Source: Flavobacteriales bacterium (GTDB taxonomy: Bacteria; Bacteroidota; Bacteroidia; Flavobacteriales; Flavobacteriaceae). From it: a DNA stretch of 32,550 bases. The position numbers were made by a program, and so were the translations under genes. The notes under the pieces were generated by a model. That model saw nothing but the letters and a program-made list of their open reading frames with translations, was not told the origin of the DNA and did not search any database. Shown here piece by piece: positions 8,823 to 17,710 of this stretch; position 1 is the stretch's first letter; every line of letters begins with the position of its first letter. The DNA lies in the NCBI GenBank assembly GCA_038258985.1, contig JBBSPH010000001.1:1-32550 (forward strand). The letters are read 5' to 3'.

Positions 8823-10450
8823 TAAAGCGCATCGAGCAACATCCATATATAACGATTGTAGTCGTATGGTTATGCGTTTTCATTGCCCATCTGGGATTGC
8901 TTTATCCCAATATCATGGAAGCCCGCAACTTTATAACCGCCCGCGAGATGCTGACAGATGGCAACTGGATACTCACCACTATGGACGGCATGCCACGGTA
9001 TGAAAAACCACCACTGCCCACCTGGTTCAGCGCCATTACTGGAGACCTTTTCGGTTTGGATAACCTTGCAGCATTACGCTTTCCTGCAACATTGATAACA
9101 TTAGTACTGCTGCTGGTAATGTATTCGCTTTCGCGAAAGCTGACTCGCAACAACACCTATGCACTCATCACAACCCTAGTCTTGGGCACATCGTTCTACA
9201 TCATCTTTGCTGGCCGCAATGGAACATGGGACATTTTTGCACATGCATTTATGCTCGTCGGTATTTATTTCCTCTTTGAATTTTTTGAGACAAAGACTAG
9301 AGCTTATCAAAACGCACTGTTGGCAGGACTTTTTGTGGGATTATCCTTTATGAGTAAGGGACCAGTCTCCCATTTTGCATTGCTATTTCCCTTCCTTATT
9401 TCCTATGGCTTTATTTACAAATTCAAAGGCTTTAAACAGAAATGGCTCCCACTTGTACTAATGATTGTAGTTATTGCGGTGCTATCCTCCTGGTGGGCAG
9501 TCTCTATCTATCTGCTGGATACCGATGCCGCCACCCGCATTGCCGAAAAAGAATCTGGTCGCTGGATCGACTACGAGACAAAACCCTTTTACTACTATTG
9601 GAGTTTCTTTACCCAGTCGGGAATCTGGACGATTCCCGGATTTATTTGCTTGCTCTATCCCTACCTTAAATCTCGGGTTTCAAATCTAAAAGCCTATCAA
9701 TTCGCCTTAATATGGACGCTAGCCGCCGTGGTTCTATTATCCTGTATACCGACTAAAAAATCCCGCTACCTTCTACCAGTATTGATACCGCTTGCAATGA
9801 CGGTTGCATTTTATGTGGAATATCTCTTCAAGAATTTCAAAACCATTACCAGCAAGTGGGAAACCTGGCCAGTATTTTTCAACTATGGATTGATCGCTAC
9901 CATTGGGATTATTTTCCCCATTGGTGGATTCATTTATTTTGGAAATAAGCTCGACGGACATTATCTCGCATTCACGGCCACTTCAATAGCGCTGGTTGCC
10001 ACCGGCGTATTCATATTCCACCATTTGAGAAAACGAGAATTTCCCAAAGTGTTTTATGGAACGGTGGCATTTGTGCTATTGGTTATAGCTTTTGGATTTC
10101 CGCTGTCCAGCGCCTTATTGGGTAACCCAACTTACCAATCTATTGCAAACATGCGAGAGTCCGCAATTCCTGTTTATACACTGGATGATCTAGCACCAGA
10201 GATGGTCTGGGATTATGGCACCGCCACAACCCACATATCAAAAAATGAATTGCGCACAAGAAATACTCCGCAGTCCTTCTATCTCTTGACCTCCTTTGAT
10301 GCTAACCGCGATCGCCTCCAATTTTTGTACAATAAATATGTGGTAAAATGGGAAGGCACATTTGACCTTAACCCAGTCGATTCTACCAAAAGCGGTTATA
10401 AGGACCGATTGAAAGCGGACTACTATCTAATCACACCAGTTAAAAATTAA
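8819..10450 (+). CDS. ArnT/PMT-family (GT83-like) lipid glycosyltransferase
   Basis: EARNFITAREM, RYEKPPLPTW, MSKGPV, KKSRYLLP; many transmembrane helices. Confidence 0.88.
   Translation: MIKRIEQHPYITIVVVWLCVFIAHLGLLYPNIMEARNFITAREMLTDGNWILTTMDGMPRYEKPPLPTWFSAITGDLFGLDNLAALRFPATLITLVLLLVMYSLSRKLTRNNTYALITTLVLGTSFYIIFAGRNGTWDIFAHAFMLVGIYFLFEFFETKTRAYQNALLAGLFVGLSFMSKGPVSHFALLFPFLISYGFIYKFKGFKQKWLPLVLMIVVIAVLSSWWAVSIYLLDTDAATRIAEKESGRWIDYETKPFYYYWSFFTQSGIWTIPGFICLLYPYLKSRVSNLKAYQFALIWTLAAVVLLSCIPTKKSRYLLPVLIPLAMTVAFYVEYLFKNFKTITSKWETWPVFFNYGLIATIGIIFPIGGFIYFGNKLDGHYLAFTATSIALVATGVFIFHHLRKREFPKVFYGTVAFVLLVIAFGFPLSSALLGNPTYQSIANMRESAIPVYTLDDLAPEMVWDYGTATTHISKNELRTRNTPQSFYLLTSFDANRDRLQFLYNKYVVKWEGTFDLNPVDSTKSGYKDRLKADYYLITPVKN
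9127..9140. repeat. dispersed palindrome copy 3 (in arnT-like gene, read LSRKL)
   Basis: GCTTTCGCGAAAGC perfect. Confidence 0.9.
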
Positions 10451-10516
10451 ATACGATGTGATCTAGCTCTATTATAAGCATTGAAGCGTATTCTATAACC
10501 AAAAGAGTTCTAGGCG

Positions 10517-10851
10517 AGCAAAGTCTCTAGTCAATATTTTGAATTTCCATACTCTTAAAATAGCAGCATACCCACAATCACATAAGATGCTATTATTGCC
10601 AGGCTTTCAGAAGGCATAGGACCGCGCAGCAAGAGTGAACTGATTGAGAAATTTTACCTATTTAGGTCATGAAGATGCTATTCAGAAGAAGTTTGAATGC
10701 TTTTTGGATGAAGAGTAGGTCGGGATGGTCTTCAAAATATAAATGTTAAGATAATAGACCTAGAATTTTAAAGGCAAGAGAGATAGGTGAGCGAATTCTT
10801 GATAAAATGAAAGTGTTTGTTCACAGGTTTGTAAAAGAGATAACTCGTTGA
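10517..10851 (+). pseudogene. degraded 3' remnant resembling a type I restriction enzyme R subunit (HsdR) C-terminus
   Basis: manual translation gives DAIIARLSEGIGPRSKSELIEKF (10586-10654), frameshifted GHEDAIQKKFECFLDEE*, and KC*DNRPRILKAREIGERILDKMKVFVHRFVKEITR* (10741-10851); resembles remembered flavobacterial HsdR tails (RSKRELIEKF...DNRPS..AREIGERI..KMK.FV). Confidence 0.55.
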
Positions 10852-10963
10852 TGTAAAGCTGTAAAAGGGAAGAATCCATAGCGATACGCGCAAGCGAGAG
10901 TTTGAATTGGATATGATTATAAAGTGATTTCTTGCTTTTTATCACAATTCTCTACAGCACCTC

Positions 10964-12607
10964 TTATTTCTTTAAAAGTTGCTGATCCAATATTTCTGAA
11001 ATCTCAATGGCCTCTCGTATCACCTCTTTTGGGTAATCATTAATCTCAAGAATTCGAATAGCATTTCTGTTTTTTAGCTTCCCTTCTTTCAATTTATAAT
11101 CAAAATCCACGGTGTTATTGTTTATGGTCTCACTGAAGTGGTAGAGTGCGTAATCATTAGAAAGCATATCTGTTAACTCTATGTCATGAGTTGAAACTAT
11201 AACTTTATTCTCATTTTTCGCCAAGGCGGATAACACTGCCTTCCCAGCAGAAATACGCTCGATGGTATTTGTCCCTTTAAAAATTTCATCTAATAAGAAA
11301 AGGTTCCTTTTACTATTTGAACTTTCTTTAAGCATATCTTTAATCGTGAGAACTTCCTCAAAATAATAGCTTTTATCACTCATTAGATCGTCACTTATTC
11401 GAATGGCTGAAAAAATATTCATCAAAGGAAAGCTCATGGATTTAGCAAAACAAGTGTTAATGGTTAAACCAGTAATAATATTTAGTCCAATTGCACGTAT
11501 AAAAGAAGTTTTACCAGACATATTCGAACCAGTAAGAAATACAGATTTTTCGTGAATTTTTATGTTATTTGCTGCACAGTTGTAGATTAGTGGATGGGTA
11601 AGGTCTTCAGCAACAATTTTTTCCGTATCATCTATAATCGGAATACAATATGTTTTAAGACCTGCGCGCAAGGAAGATATTGAAATCAACATATCAACTT
11701 GTCCAACGAACTCAAATACATTTTCTATTTCTTCCCTTTTACTGTTCAACTTTTTTAAAGCTCCAAACAACACTAGAGGTTCCAGCAAAAAAATGGTCTT
11801 AACAAGTTCAAACACGATCCAAAACAAAATCTCAATTTCTCCTTGTAGTTTTCTTTCAAATTGAAGGAACGACATGCTGCTTTTTATGGAATTTATTACC
11901 TTGATTGAGCTAGATAACTTAGGATCTATTTTTTTGAATATTGGATTTTTGTATAAATCAGAAGCTAATTGGTTGAGCTTCAAAAGTTGTGGAATTGAAG
12001 TTACATAAGGAACTAAATGTATCTTATTTAGATAATGGAGCACAAAATTGATACAGAAAAGCCCAATAAGAACTATAAAAACTAGTGGATTAAAAAATGA
12101 AAGGATTAACGATGCTACACTTGCAAAGGACAATAGTTTCAAGAGGAAGAAAAATTTGGGCGGTTCAGGATGCTCTTTTTGAAACAATGAAATTAAGTGA
12201 TACGCATCCCTATGGTTGAGCGCTTGCAACTTCTTTTGAGTCGCAACTCTCAATTCTGAATTTACGTAGAATTCGGTAATTAACTCTTCGTTTAGCGTTA
12301 CCTCCCGCTTATCGTCCTGTATTGTCCGGAGTTTATTATAAAGGTATTGTTGTCCTACTTTAGAATTTGTTCTGTCAAGAAACATGAACAATTCCTCAAA
12401 ATCTAGGTCTGCGCAGGTTTTATCTGATAATACTTGATACGCTGCAGAATTATCTTTATTTCTAAAATAAGTTTCGATGCTATCAAAATCAAAATCATCA
12501 CCCTTTGGTTTCCCAAATGATTCATTTATTTGATCGTTAATTTTATTCCCGTTAAAATAAAATTTAGAAAATTTGAACTTGATTTGAGATAGAATGCCCT
12601 TGATCAT
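10964..12607 (-). CDS. MutS-related ATPase (domain V) with transmembrane segments, lacking the mismatch-recognition domain
   Basis: Walker A TGSNMSGKT, SYYFEEV, Walker B LLDEIFKGTN, STHD; hydrophobic stretches in the N-terminal half. Confidence 0.88.
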   Translation of the reverse strand: MIKGILSQIKFKFSKFYFNGNKINDQINESFGKPKGDDFDFDSIETYFRNKDNSAAYQVLSDKTCADLDFEELFMFLDRTNSKVGQQYLYNKLRTIQDDKREVTLNEELITEFYVNSELRVATQKKLQALNHRDAYHLISLFQKEHPEPPKFFFLLKLLSFASVASLILSFFNPLVFIVLIGLFCINFVLHYLNKIHLVPYVTSIPQLLKLNQLASDLYKNPIFKKIDPKLSSSIKVINSIKSSMSFLQFERKLQGEIEILFWIVFELVKTIFLLEPLVLFGALKKLNSKREEIENVFEFVGQVDMLISISSLRAGLKTYCIPIIDDTEKIVAEDLTHPLIYNCAANNIKIHEKSVFLTGSNMSGKTSFIRAIGLNIITGLTINTCFAKSMSFPLMNIFSAIRISDDLMSDKSYYFEEVLTIKDMLKESSNSKRNLFLLDEIFKGTNTIERISAGKAVLSALAKNENKVIVSTHDIELTDMLSNDYALYHFSETINNNTVDFDYKLKEGKLKNRNAIRILEINDYPKEVIREAIEISEILDQQLLKK

Positions 12608-12931
12608 GTAATAATTAGTGTGGTATTTTCATCAACCGTTACAATGTAATATTCCTTGACTTTTAGATCAAGGTAGAGTTTTAAGTAAAAGTTCATGATT
12701 TGAAAATTACAGCGCAAACCTTCAAATTTTTACTTTTCGTTTGTTTTTTTTCGATTTGAATTTGAATTCCACTTTGGAATTAACTCGTTTTAATCCTTTG
12801 AAGATCAAACGTGATGTGGCTGAGCAGGTTTTGATCTCCTCAATTATTAATTCTGGAATTGGATAACTGGGAATGTTTTCAAATTCTGAGGTTTGGAAAA
12901 TATAACGTAATCAAATTTACGCGATGGAAGT

Positions 12932-12971
12932 GAAAAATAAAACCCTTACAATCAGTAGATTATAAGGGTTT
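12932..12971 (-). terminator. hairpin/terminator immediately 3' of tRNA-Ser
   Basis: AAACCCTTACAATC (12940-12953) / GATTATAAGGGTTT (12958-12971), one mismatch, followed by a T-rich run on the minus strand. Confidence 0.7.
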
Positions 12972-12974
12972 AAG

Positions 12975-13059
12975 CAGAGAGGAAGGGATTCGAACCCTCG
13001 AAACGTTGCCGTTTACACGCTTTCCAGGCGTGCGCCTTCGACCACTCGGCCACCTCTCT
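12975..13059 (-). tRNA. tRNA-Ser (GGA), CCA not encoded
   Basis: acceptor AGAGAGG/CCTCTCT, D-arm GGCCGAGTGGTCGAAGGC, anticodon arm CACGC-CTGGAAA-GCGTG, long variable arm, T-loop GGTTCGAATCC. Confidence 0.97.
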
Positions 13060-13110
13060 AAAATCGATTGCAAGATTACGACTTTATGTCGATTGATACA
13101 AGTAGGAAAA

Positions 13111-14184
13111 TCATTCCGTCACCTCGCCGCGCAGTGATTTTTCAAAATAGTGCTTAAAATCTGTCAGTGATTTGGTGTAATTGAGCAGGTACATCATCTT
13201 GGCTAGCGCAGTCTCCGTGGTCATATCTTTCCCTGAAACCATTCCTATCTCCTTGAGCTGGACACTGGTTTCATATTTTCCCATATCCACCGCACCGCCG
13301 CGACATTGGGTCACATTCACGATATATATTCCATTTTCTAAAGTCTGTTTCATACTGTCGACAAACCATTTTTCGGTCGGCGCGTTTCCACTGCCGTAAG
13401 TTTCCAGCACAATCCCTTTTAAACCTTTAATGTTACATATGGCATTCACTACGTTTTTGGTAATCCCTGGAAACAGTTTTAATACCACTACATCAGTGAC
13501 AAATTCTGGACGGTAATACATTCTCTTTTCACTGCGGGATGTTTGCTGGTTTTCCGCTTTCGCGGAAGCGAACTCATCCAGTGTTCCCTGCCATAACAAA
13601 CTCTTGTCGATGTTGAGATGTACACCACTTATCGCAAGCGGTGGGTAGTTGGGCGAGGTAAAGGCCTCAAAGTGGTCAGCACTAACCTTGGCGGTTCGAT
13701 TTGCGCGGTACAACTGGTATTCAAAATAAATACACACCTCACGAACTATGGGAGAACCATGCTCCCTTTGACTGGCAAGCTGGATGGTGGTAATCAGGTT
13801 CTCCTTGGCATCAGTCCGCAAATCACCGATGGGCAATTGCGAACCCGTAAGAATAATGGGTTTGGTCAGATTCTCAAACATAAAGCTAAGTGCACTACCT
13901 GTATAAGCCATAGTATCACTACCGTGTAAAACCACAAAACCATCATAATCGTCGTAGTGTTCATGGATCATGCTGCCTAACTGTTGCCAGTGCTGCAAAT
14001 TCATGTCTGATGAGTCAATGGGATGCGGGAAGGAAACGGTATTAATTGTGCAATCCAACTGCCGCAGCTCTGGAATATGGAGCAAGAGTTCTTCAAAATT
14101 AAATGATTTGAGTACCCAGGTTTCTGGATCCTTAATCATGCCTATGGTCCCACCAGTATATATAAGGAGTATGTTAGGCTTCAT
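13111..14184 (-). CDS. ansA: type I L-asparaginase
   Basis: YTGGTIGM, HGSDTMAY, TGSQLP, ETYGSGN. Confidence 0.93.
   Translation of the reverse strand: MKPNILLIYTGGTIGMIKDPETWVLKSFNFEELLLHIPELRQLDCTINTVSFPHPIDSSDMNLQHWQQLGSMIHEHYDDYDGFVVLHGSDTMAYTGSALSFMFENLTKPIILTGSQLPIGDLRTDAKENLITTIQLASQREHGSPIVREVCIYFEYQLYRANRTAKVSADHFEAFTSPNYPPLAISGVHLNIDKSLLWQGTLDEFASAKAENQQTSRSEKRMYYRPEFVTDVVVLKLFPGITKNVVNAICNIKGLKGIVLETYGSGNAPTEKWFVDSMKQTLENGIYIVNVTQCRGGAVDMGKYETSVQLKEIGMVSGKDMTTETALAKMMYLLNYTKSLTDFKHYFEKSLRGEVTE
13556..13569. repeat. dispersed palindrome copy 4 (in ansA, read FASAKAE)
   Basis: TTCC-GCTTTCGCGgAAGC-GAA, one mismatch. Confidence 0.8.
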
Positions 14185-15304
14185 AGCCCTGATTCAATTG
14201 CTCCTTATTGACTACTGGTCTGGCGTACATGGTCAAAAAGCTTTTTACCGCTTCTTCATCTTTCATATCTACCCGCAAGCGCAGGCGTCTTTCAAATTGT
14301 TGCTGGTCCTTATCCGTATAGTGATCTGCATAAGCAGTAGTATTGTGGAGCAGGTCGTACGAAATATAATTGGTAGGCCACAGTTTATAGTTGAACTGGA
14401 TCGTATCGTCAAGTGTCTTGACCACCTGTTGTAACAGGTGATTGGTAGATTCATCGCCAAAACCATCCAGTTTCAGTGGATCTGCGGCATGAATGTGAAT
14501 GTGTTTTTTCTGACCCAGGGCTCCCTTGAGAATACTGTTAAAATCCTCATTTTCAGATTTGATGTATTCTGTCTGTGCTTTTTTTGCTAGGAGTTCTGGA
14601 ACCTTGAGAATATCTGTTGGGTCATATTCATAAGAAATGGATACGGGAACAATGCGCAGACCGTCAAGGTATTCTGCTACAGATCGTTTACCCGCAGCAA
14701 GAGCGATCATTTTAAGGACACCTTGTTCCGTAACATCGTTGCCATCCTTAGTCCGACCCTGACGTTGGGCAATCCATACACTACGTGTTTGATCTTTCAG
14801 TAAATATTCCACATACTCGCTCAGGTTTTTGCTGCTCATTAAAGTTTCCCGTGGCGTTCCACCGCGCTTAACCATGAAATTGCGCGTTAATCTGCTCAAA
14901 GCGTTTACAAATGGACGCTGCACTAGATTATCGCCTATGGCGCTCGCCGTACGGATCAAATTGAATTTGAAAAGCGTTAGGTTGATCAAGCAGGTATCGA
15001 GAACTATGTCCCTATGATTTGAGATGTATAAATAGGAAAGTGATGGATCCAGTTTTTCAAAACCAGTAGTGGTAAGCCCAGCAGAGGTCTCCTCCAGAAT
15101 ACGTTCTACCGTTGCAGCTATTACTATGCGCTGGAAGTCATCAATCGACTGGCATTGAAGGACGATGTCTTTTATTTCCTCTTCGTCCTTATCTGGGAAG
15201 GTATAATGAAACAAAGTTTTAATCATCGGGTGGCGAACAGCACTTTGCAGTGCAGGATTTACCTCATCCTCATGAAAGAATCGTATATCGTCAAATTGCG
15301 TCAA
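14174..15304 (-). CDS. glycerol-3-phosphate/lysophospholipid acyltransferase (PlsC/PlsB-like)
   Basis: SNHRDIVLD (HxxxxD), AIGDNL, WIAQRQGRTKDG; start placed at TTG 15304 (MTQFDDIR) because the longer ORF overlaps tatD. Confidence 0.85.
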   Translation of the reverse strand: MTQFDDIRFFHEDEVNPALQSAVRHPMIKTLFHYTFPDKDEEEIKDIVLQCQSIDDFQRIVIAATVERILEETSAGLTTTGFEKLDPSLSYLYISNHRDIVLDTCLINLTLFKFNLIRTASAIGDNLVQRPFVNALSRLTRNFMVKRGGTPRETLMSSKNLSEYVEYLLKDQTRSVWIAQRQGRTKDGNDVTEQGVLKMIALAAGKRSVAEYLDGLRIVPVSISYEYDPTDILKVPELLAKKAQTEYIKSENEDFNSILKGALGQKKHIHIHAADPLKLDGFGDESTNHLLQQVVKTLDDTIQFNYKLWPTNYISYDLLHNTTAYADHYTDKDQQQFERRLRLRVDMKDEEAVKSFLTMYARPVVNKEQLNQGYEA

Positions 15305-15344
15305 GTAGCCAGAGTTTAGGCTCCAAAAATACGGAACCTCATGG

Positions 15345-16112
15345 CTAGACCTTGAATACTTCACGAGAATTTAAGGTGGTGATTCGTGCCACCTCTTTTA
15401 CGTCTAGTTGATAAATTTCTGCCACCTTTTCTGCCACTTGGGTAACGTACGCACTTTCATTGCGCTTACCACGATAGGGAACCGGCGACAGGTAGGGCGA
15501 GTCCGTTTCTAAAACGACATGTTTGATGTCAATCTGATCGAGAAATTGATCGATTTTCCCATTCTTAAAAGTGACCACACCGCCTATTCCTAGTTTCATT
15601 CCGTATTTAATGGCAAGCCTTGCCTGTTCCAGCGTTCCCGTGAAACAATGAAAAATACCGGTGAGTCCCTTGTCTTGATGAGTGGCTAACACGGCAAATA
15701 CCTCATCAAAGGCATCCCGACAATGGATGGCGATGGGCAGATCATATTCCAGCGCCCACTCGATTTGTTGATGGAATGCCTGCATCTGGACATCCCGCGT
15801 GGATTGATCCCAGTAGAGATCCACACCTATCTCGCCCACGGCGACATAATTCCCAGTGGTGAGCTGTTCCTTGACATGCTGCAGCTCTTCCGCATGATTT
15901 TCCTTAACGTGCGTTGGGTGCAAACCTGTCATTAAAAAGACCTTGTCCGGGTAATTTTTCTTGAGATCCTGCATGGCTGCGGTGTAAGTGGAGTCAATAG
16001 CAGGAATGAAAAACCGGTCTACTCCTGCCTCCATGGCCCGCTGTATCATTGCATCGCGATCCTCCTCAAATTGTTCACTATATAAATGGGTGTGCGTATC
16101 TGTCAAATTCAT
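15345..16112 (-). CDS. tatD: TatD family hydrolase/DNase
   Basis: DTHTH, GLHP, GEIGVD, IHCR, FHCF, LETDSPYL. Confidence 0.95.
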   Translation of the reverse strand: MNLTDTHTHLYSEQFEEDRDAMIQRAMEAGVDRFFIPAIDSTYTAAMQDLKKNYPDKVFLMTGLHPTHVKENHAEELQHVKEQLTTGNYVAVGEIGVDLYWDQSTRDVQMQAFHQQIEWALEYDLPIAIHCRDAFDEVFAVLATHQDKGLTGIFHCFTGTLEQARLAIKYGMKLGIGGVVTFKNGKIDQFLDQIDIKHVVLETDSPYLSPVPYRGKRNESAYVTQVAEKVAEIYQLDVKEVARITTLNSREVFKV

Positions 16113-16116
16113 GCGG

Positions 16117-16124
16117 CAAAGATA
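16117..16124 (-). promoter_or_regulatory. Bacteroidota -7 promoter element for tatD
   Basis: TATCTTTG (TAnnTTTG) 4 nt before the ATG. Confidence 0.6.
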
Positions 16125-16215
16125 ATCATGCCGCCATCAAGTGGTGAAATGATGAGGTTGTGGGATGGTTAGCTTTCGCACCACGTCGAGTGCGGTATAA
16201 ACTTCTTTTAATTTC

Positions 16216-16229
16216 GCTTTCGCGAAAGC
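16216..16229. repeat. dispersed palindrome copy 5 (divergent tatD/protease spacer)
   Basis: GCTTTCGCGAAAGC perfect, with extra half-sites at 16172-16179 and 16234-16244. Confidence 0.9.
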
Positions 16230-16333
16230 AAAAGAAAGCGAAATACCTTTAGCAACCATCTGCAATCAAGAAGTCTGTAAACCGGGCAGCAATATCGCAA
16301 AGCGAGCCTATCTTCGCCGCCAGAATTAATTCT

Positions 16334-16774
16334 ATGGCATCCATCAAGAAGGTTTTAGTGGGACAGGGATACACGGCACACCGCATAAGGATCGCCCGAA
16401 AAAGCAGCCACATAGTGACCAAGGCTAGCATCAATGGCCACGAGGGAAGATTTATTATCGACACTGGCGCCAGTGCAACTTGTGTAGATCAGTCGCTCTA
16501 TAAAGAATTCCAGTTGACAACCGAATTTATGGAAAAGCAGATAGGCACCGCCAGTGGATCGCTACGTCCACGAGTTTCCTATAAGAACACGCTTGAGCTG
16601 GGCGACTGGAGTGATGAGGATGTGACCCTACTTTCAATGGACATGAGCTTTGTCAACAACGCCCTAAAAACAGAAGGCATGCGCCCTATCCAAGGTTTGC
16701 TTGGTGCAGATTTCTTGATTGCCAGCAGCGCAATTATTGATTACCGCAGCAAATGGCTATTCTTGAAACTATAG
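16334..16774 (+). CDS. retropepsin-like aspartic protease
   Basis: FIIDTGAS catalytic motif and GLLGADFL. Confidence 0.88.
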   Translation: MASIKKVLVGQGYTAHRIRIARKSSHIVTKASINGHEGRFIIDTGASATCVDQSLYKEFQLTTEFMEKQIGTASGSLRPRVSYKNTLELGDWSDEDVTLLSMDMSFVNNALKTEGMRPIQGLLGADFLIASSAIIDYRSKWLFLKL

Positions 16775-17587
16775 TGTTACGGTAAAAGAACCCTCGGTTA
16801 CCATCACATTTGCCGGCGAGCCGCTGGTAAAGCTAAAGATCCCACTATATTGACGACGGGCGCGGTTGACGATTGTCAAATCCAGCGTTCCAGAAATCGC
16901 ATCTGCATTGTTACCATTGCTGGTGTAGGAACCACGGTACATTCCGGTGGTTGTAAACGGATAACTACCCACCGCTACAGCCGATGGAAAGCTAAGTAAC
17001 AAAGTATTGTTCCCATTTGCTGCACGTATGACGATAGTTCCAGCAGTTTCTGTAGGCGCCACGGCAGATGGATTGAGGGGAGTCCCATTTATTGTTGCCT
17101 TTAAATCATTGACATTATCAGATCCAACCTCAGTCCCGAAGGGCACGCGGTAGATAATGCCTTTGCGCATGGTCAATGTATCGGCAGCATTAGGCGTGTA
17201 ACTCACAAAACTGAAGTTTCCCGTCAAAGTTCCCTCAGGTGACCCAGCTTCGAGAACAACGCTTCCTGCGCTATTGCCGGTCCTGGTGCTAAATTGTTGC
17301 TGACCATTGAAAGTGTAAATAGCAACGTTAGGCTGTCCTTGGCCTAATTCGTACACACCTGGAGTGGAAGATGTTAATCGGAATTGTAGGGTTTCCAGGG
17401 GGTTTTCTCCTCCTATCGTTATGCTGCCGTCGGGATTATTAGTCACGGTCGTTTTATCTGAACCGAAAAATTCACCGTTACGTGATGCCTGCAAAGCAGG
17501 TGTATTATCCTTATCCAGATTATCCTCGCAACCCAACAATAGGAATGCAACAGCCAATATCATTAAACCTAACTTTTTCATAACCAT
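16769..17587 (-). CDS. lipoprotein with two similar beta-rich domains (DUF6252-like)
   Basis: lipobox LLLGC followed by acidic EDNLD; repeated patterns A.xNG / G.Y / G.FSF / G.F. Confidence 0.7.
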   Translation of the reverse strand: MVMKKLGLMILAVAFLLLGCEDNLDKDNTPALQASRNGEFFGSDKTTVTNNPDGSITIGGENPLETLQFRLTSSTPGVYELGQGQPNVAIYTFNGQQQFSTRTGNSAGSVVLEAGSPEGTLTGNFSFVSYTPNAADTLTMRKGIIYRVPFGTEVGSDNVNDLKATINGTPLNPSAVAPTETAGTIVIRAANGNNTLLLSFPSAVAVGSYPFTTTGMYRGSYTSNGNNADAISGTLDLTIVNRARRQYSGIFSFTSGSPANVMVTEGSFTVTL

Positions 17588-17606
17588 GACTATAACATTG
17601 AAGGTT

Positions 17607-17614
17607 CAAAAGTA
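17607..17614 (-). promoter_or_regulatory. -7 promoter element for the lipoprotein gene
   Basis: TACTTTTG on the minus strand about 20 nt upstream of the start. Confidence 0.5.
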
Positions 17615-17633
17615 AATAAAATCACCTGACCTG

Positions 17634-17663
17634 TTGCCTATTATCAAATTAAACCTATTTTTG
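17634..17663 (+). promoter_or_regulatory. Bacteroidota primary-sigma promoter of rpsP
   Basis: TTG (17634-17636), 19-nt spacer, TATTTTTG (17656-17663). Confidence 0.65.
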
Positions 17664-17710
17664 CAGCCTCAAATTAATAACCCGGGTCGAGAACCCTTAA
17701 ATTTAATGTT

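Noticed and set aside
10760-10945. 61-aa minus-strand ORF
   Set aside because: Antisense to the more convincing hsdR-like remnant.
12690-12905. Open minus-strand frame of about 70 codons between tRNA-Ser and the MutS-like gene
   Set aside because: No start codon and no recognisable integrase or other motif.
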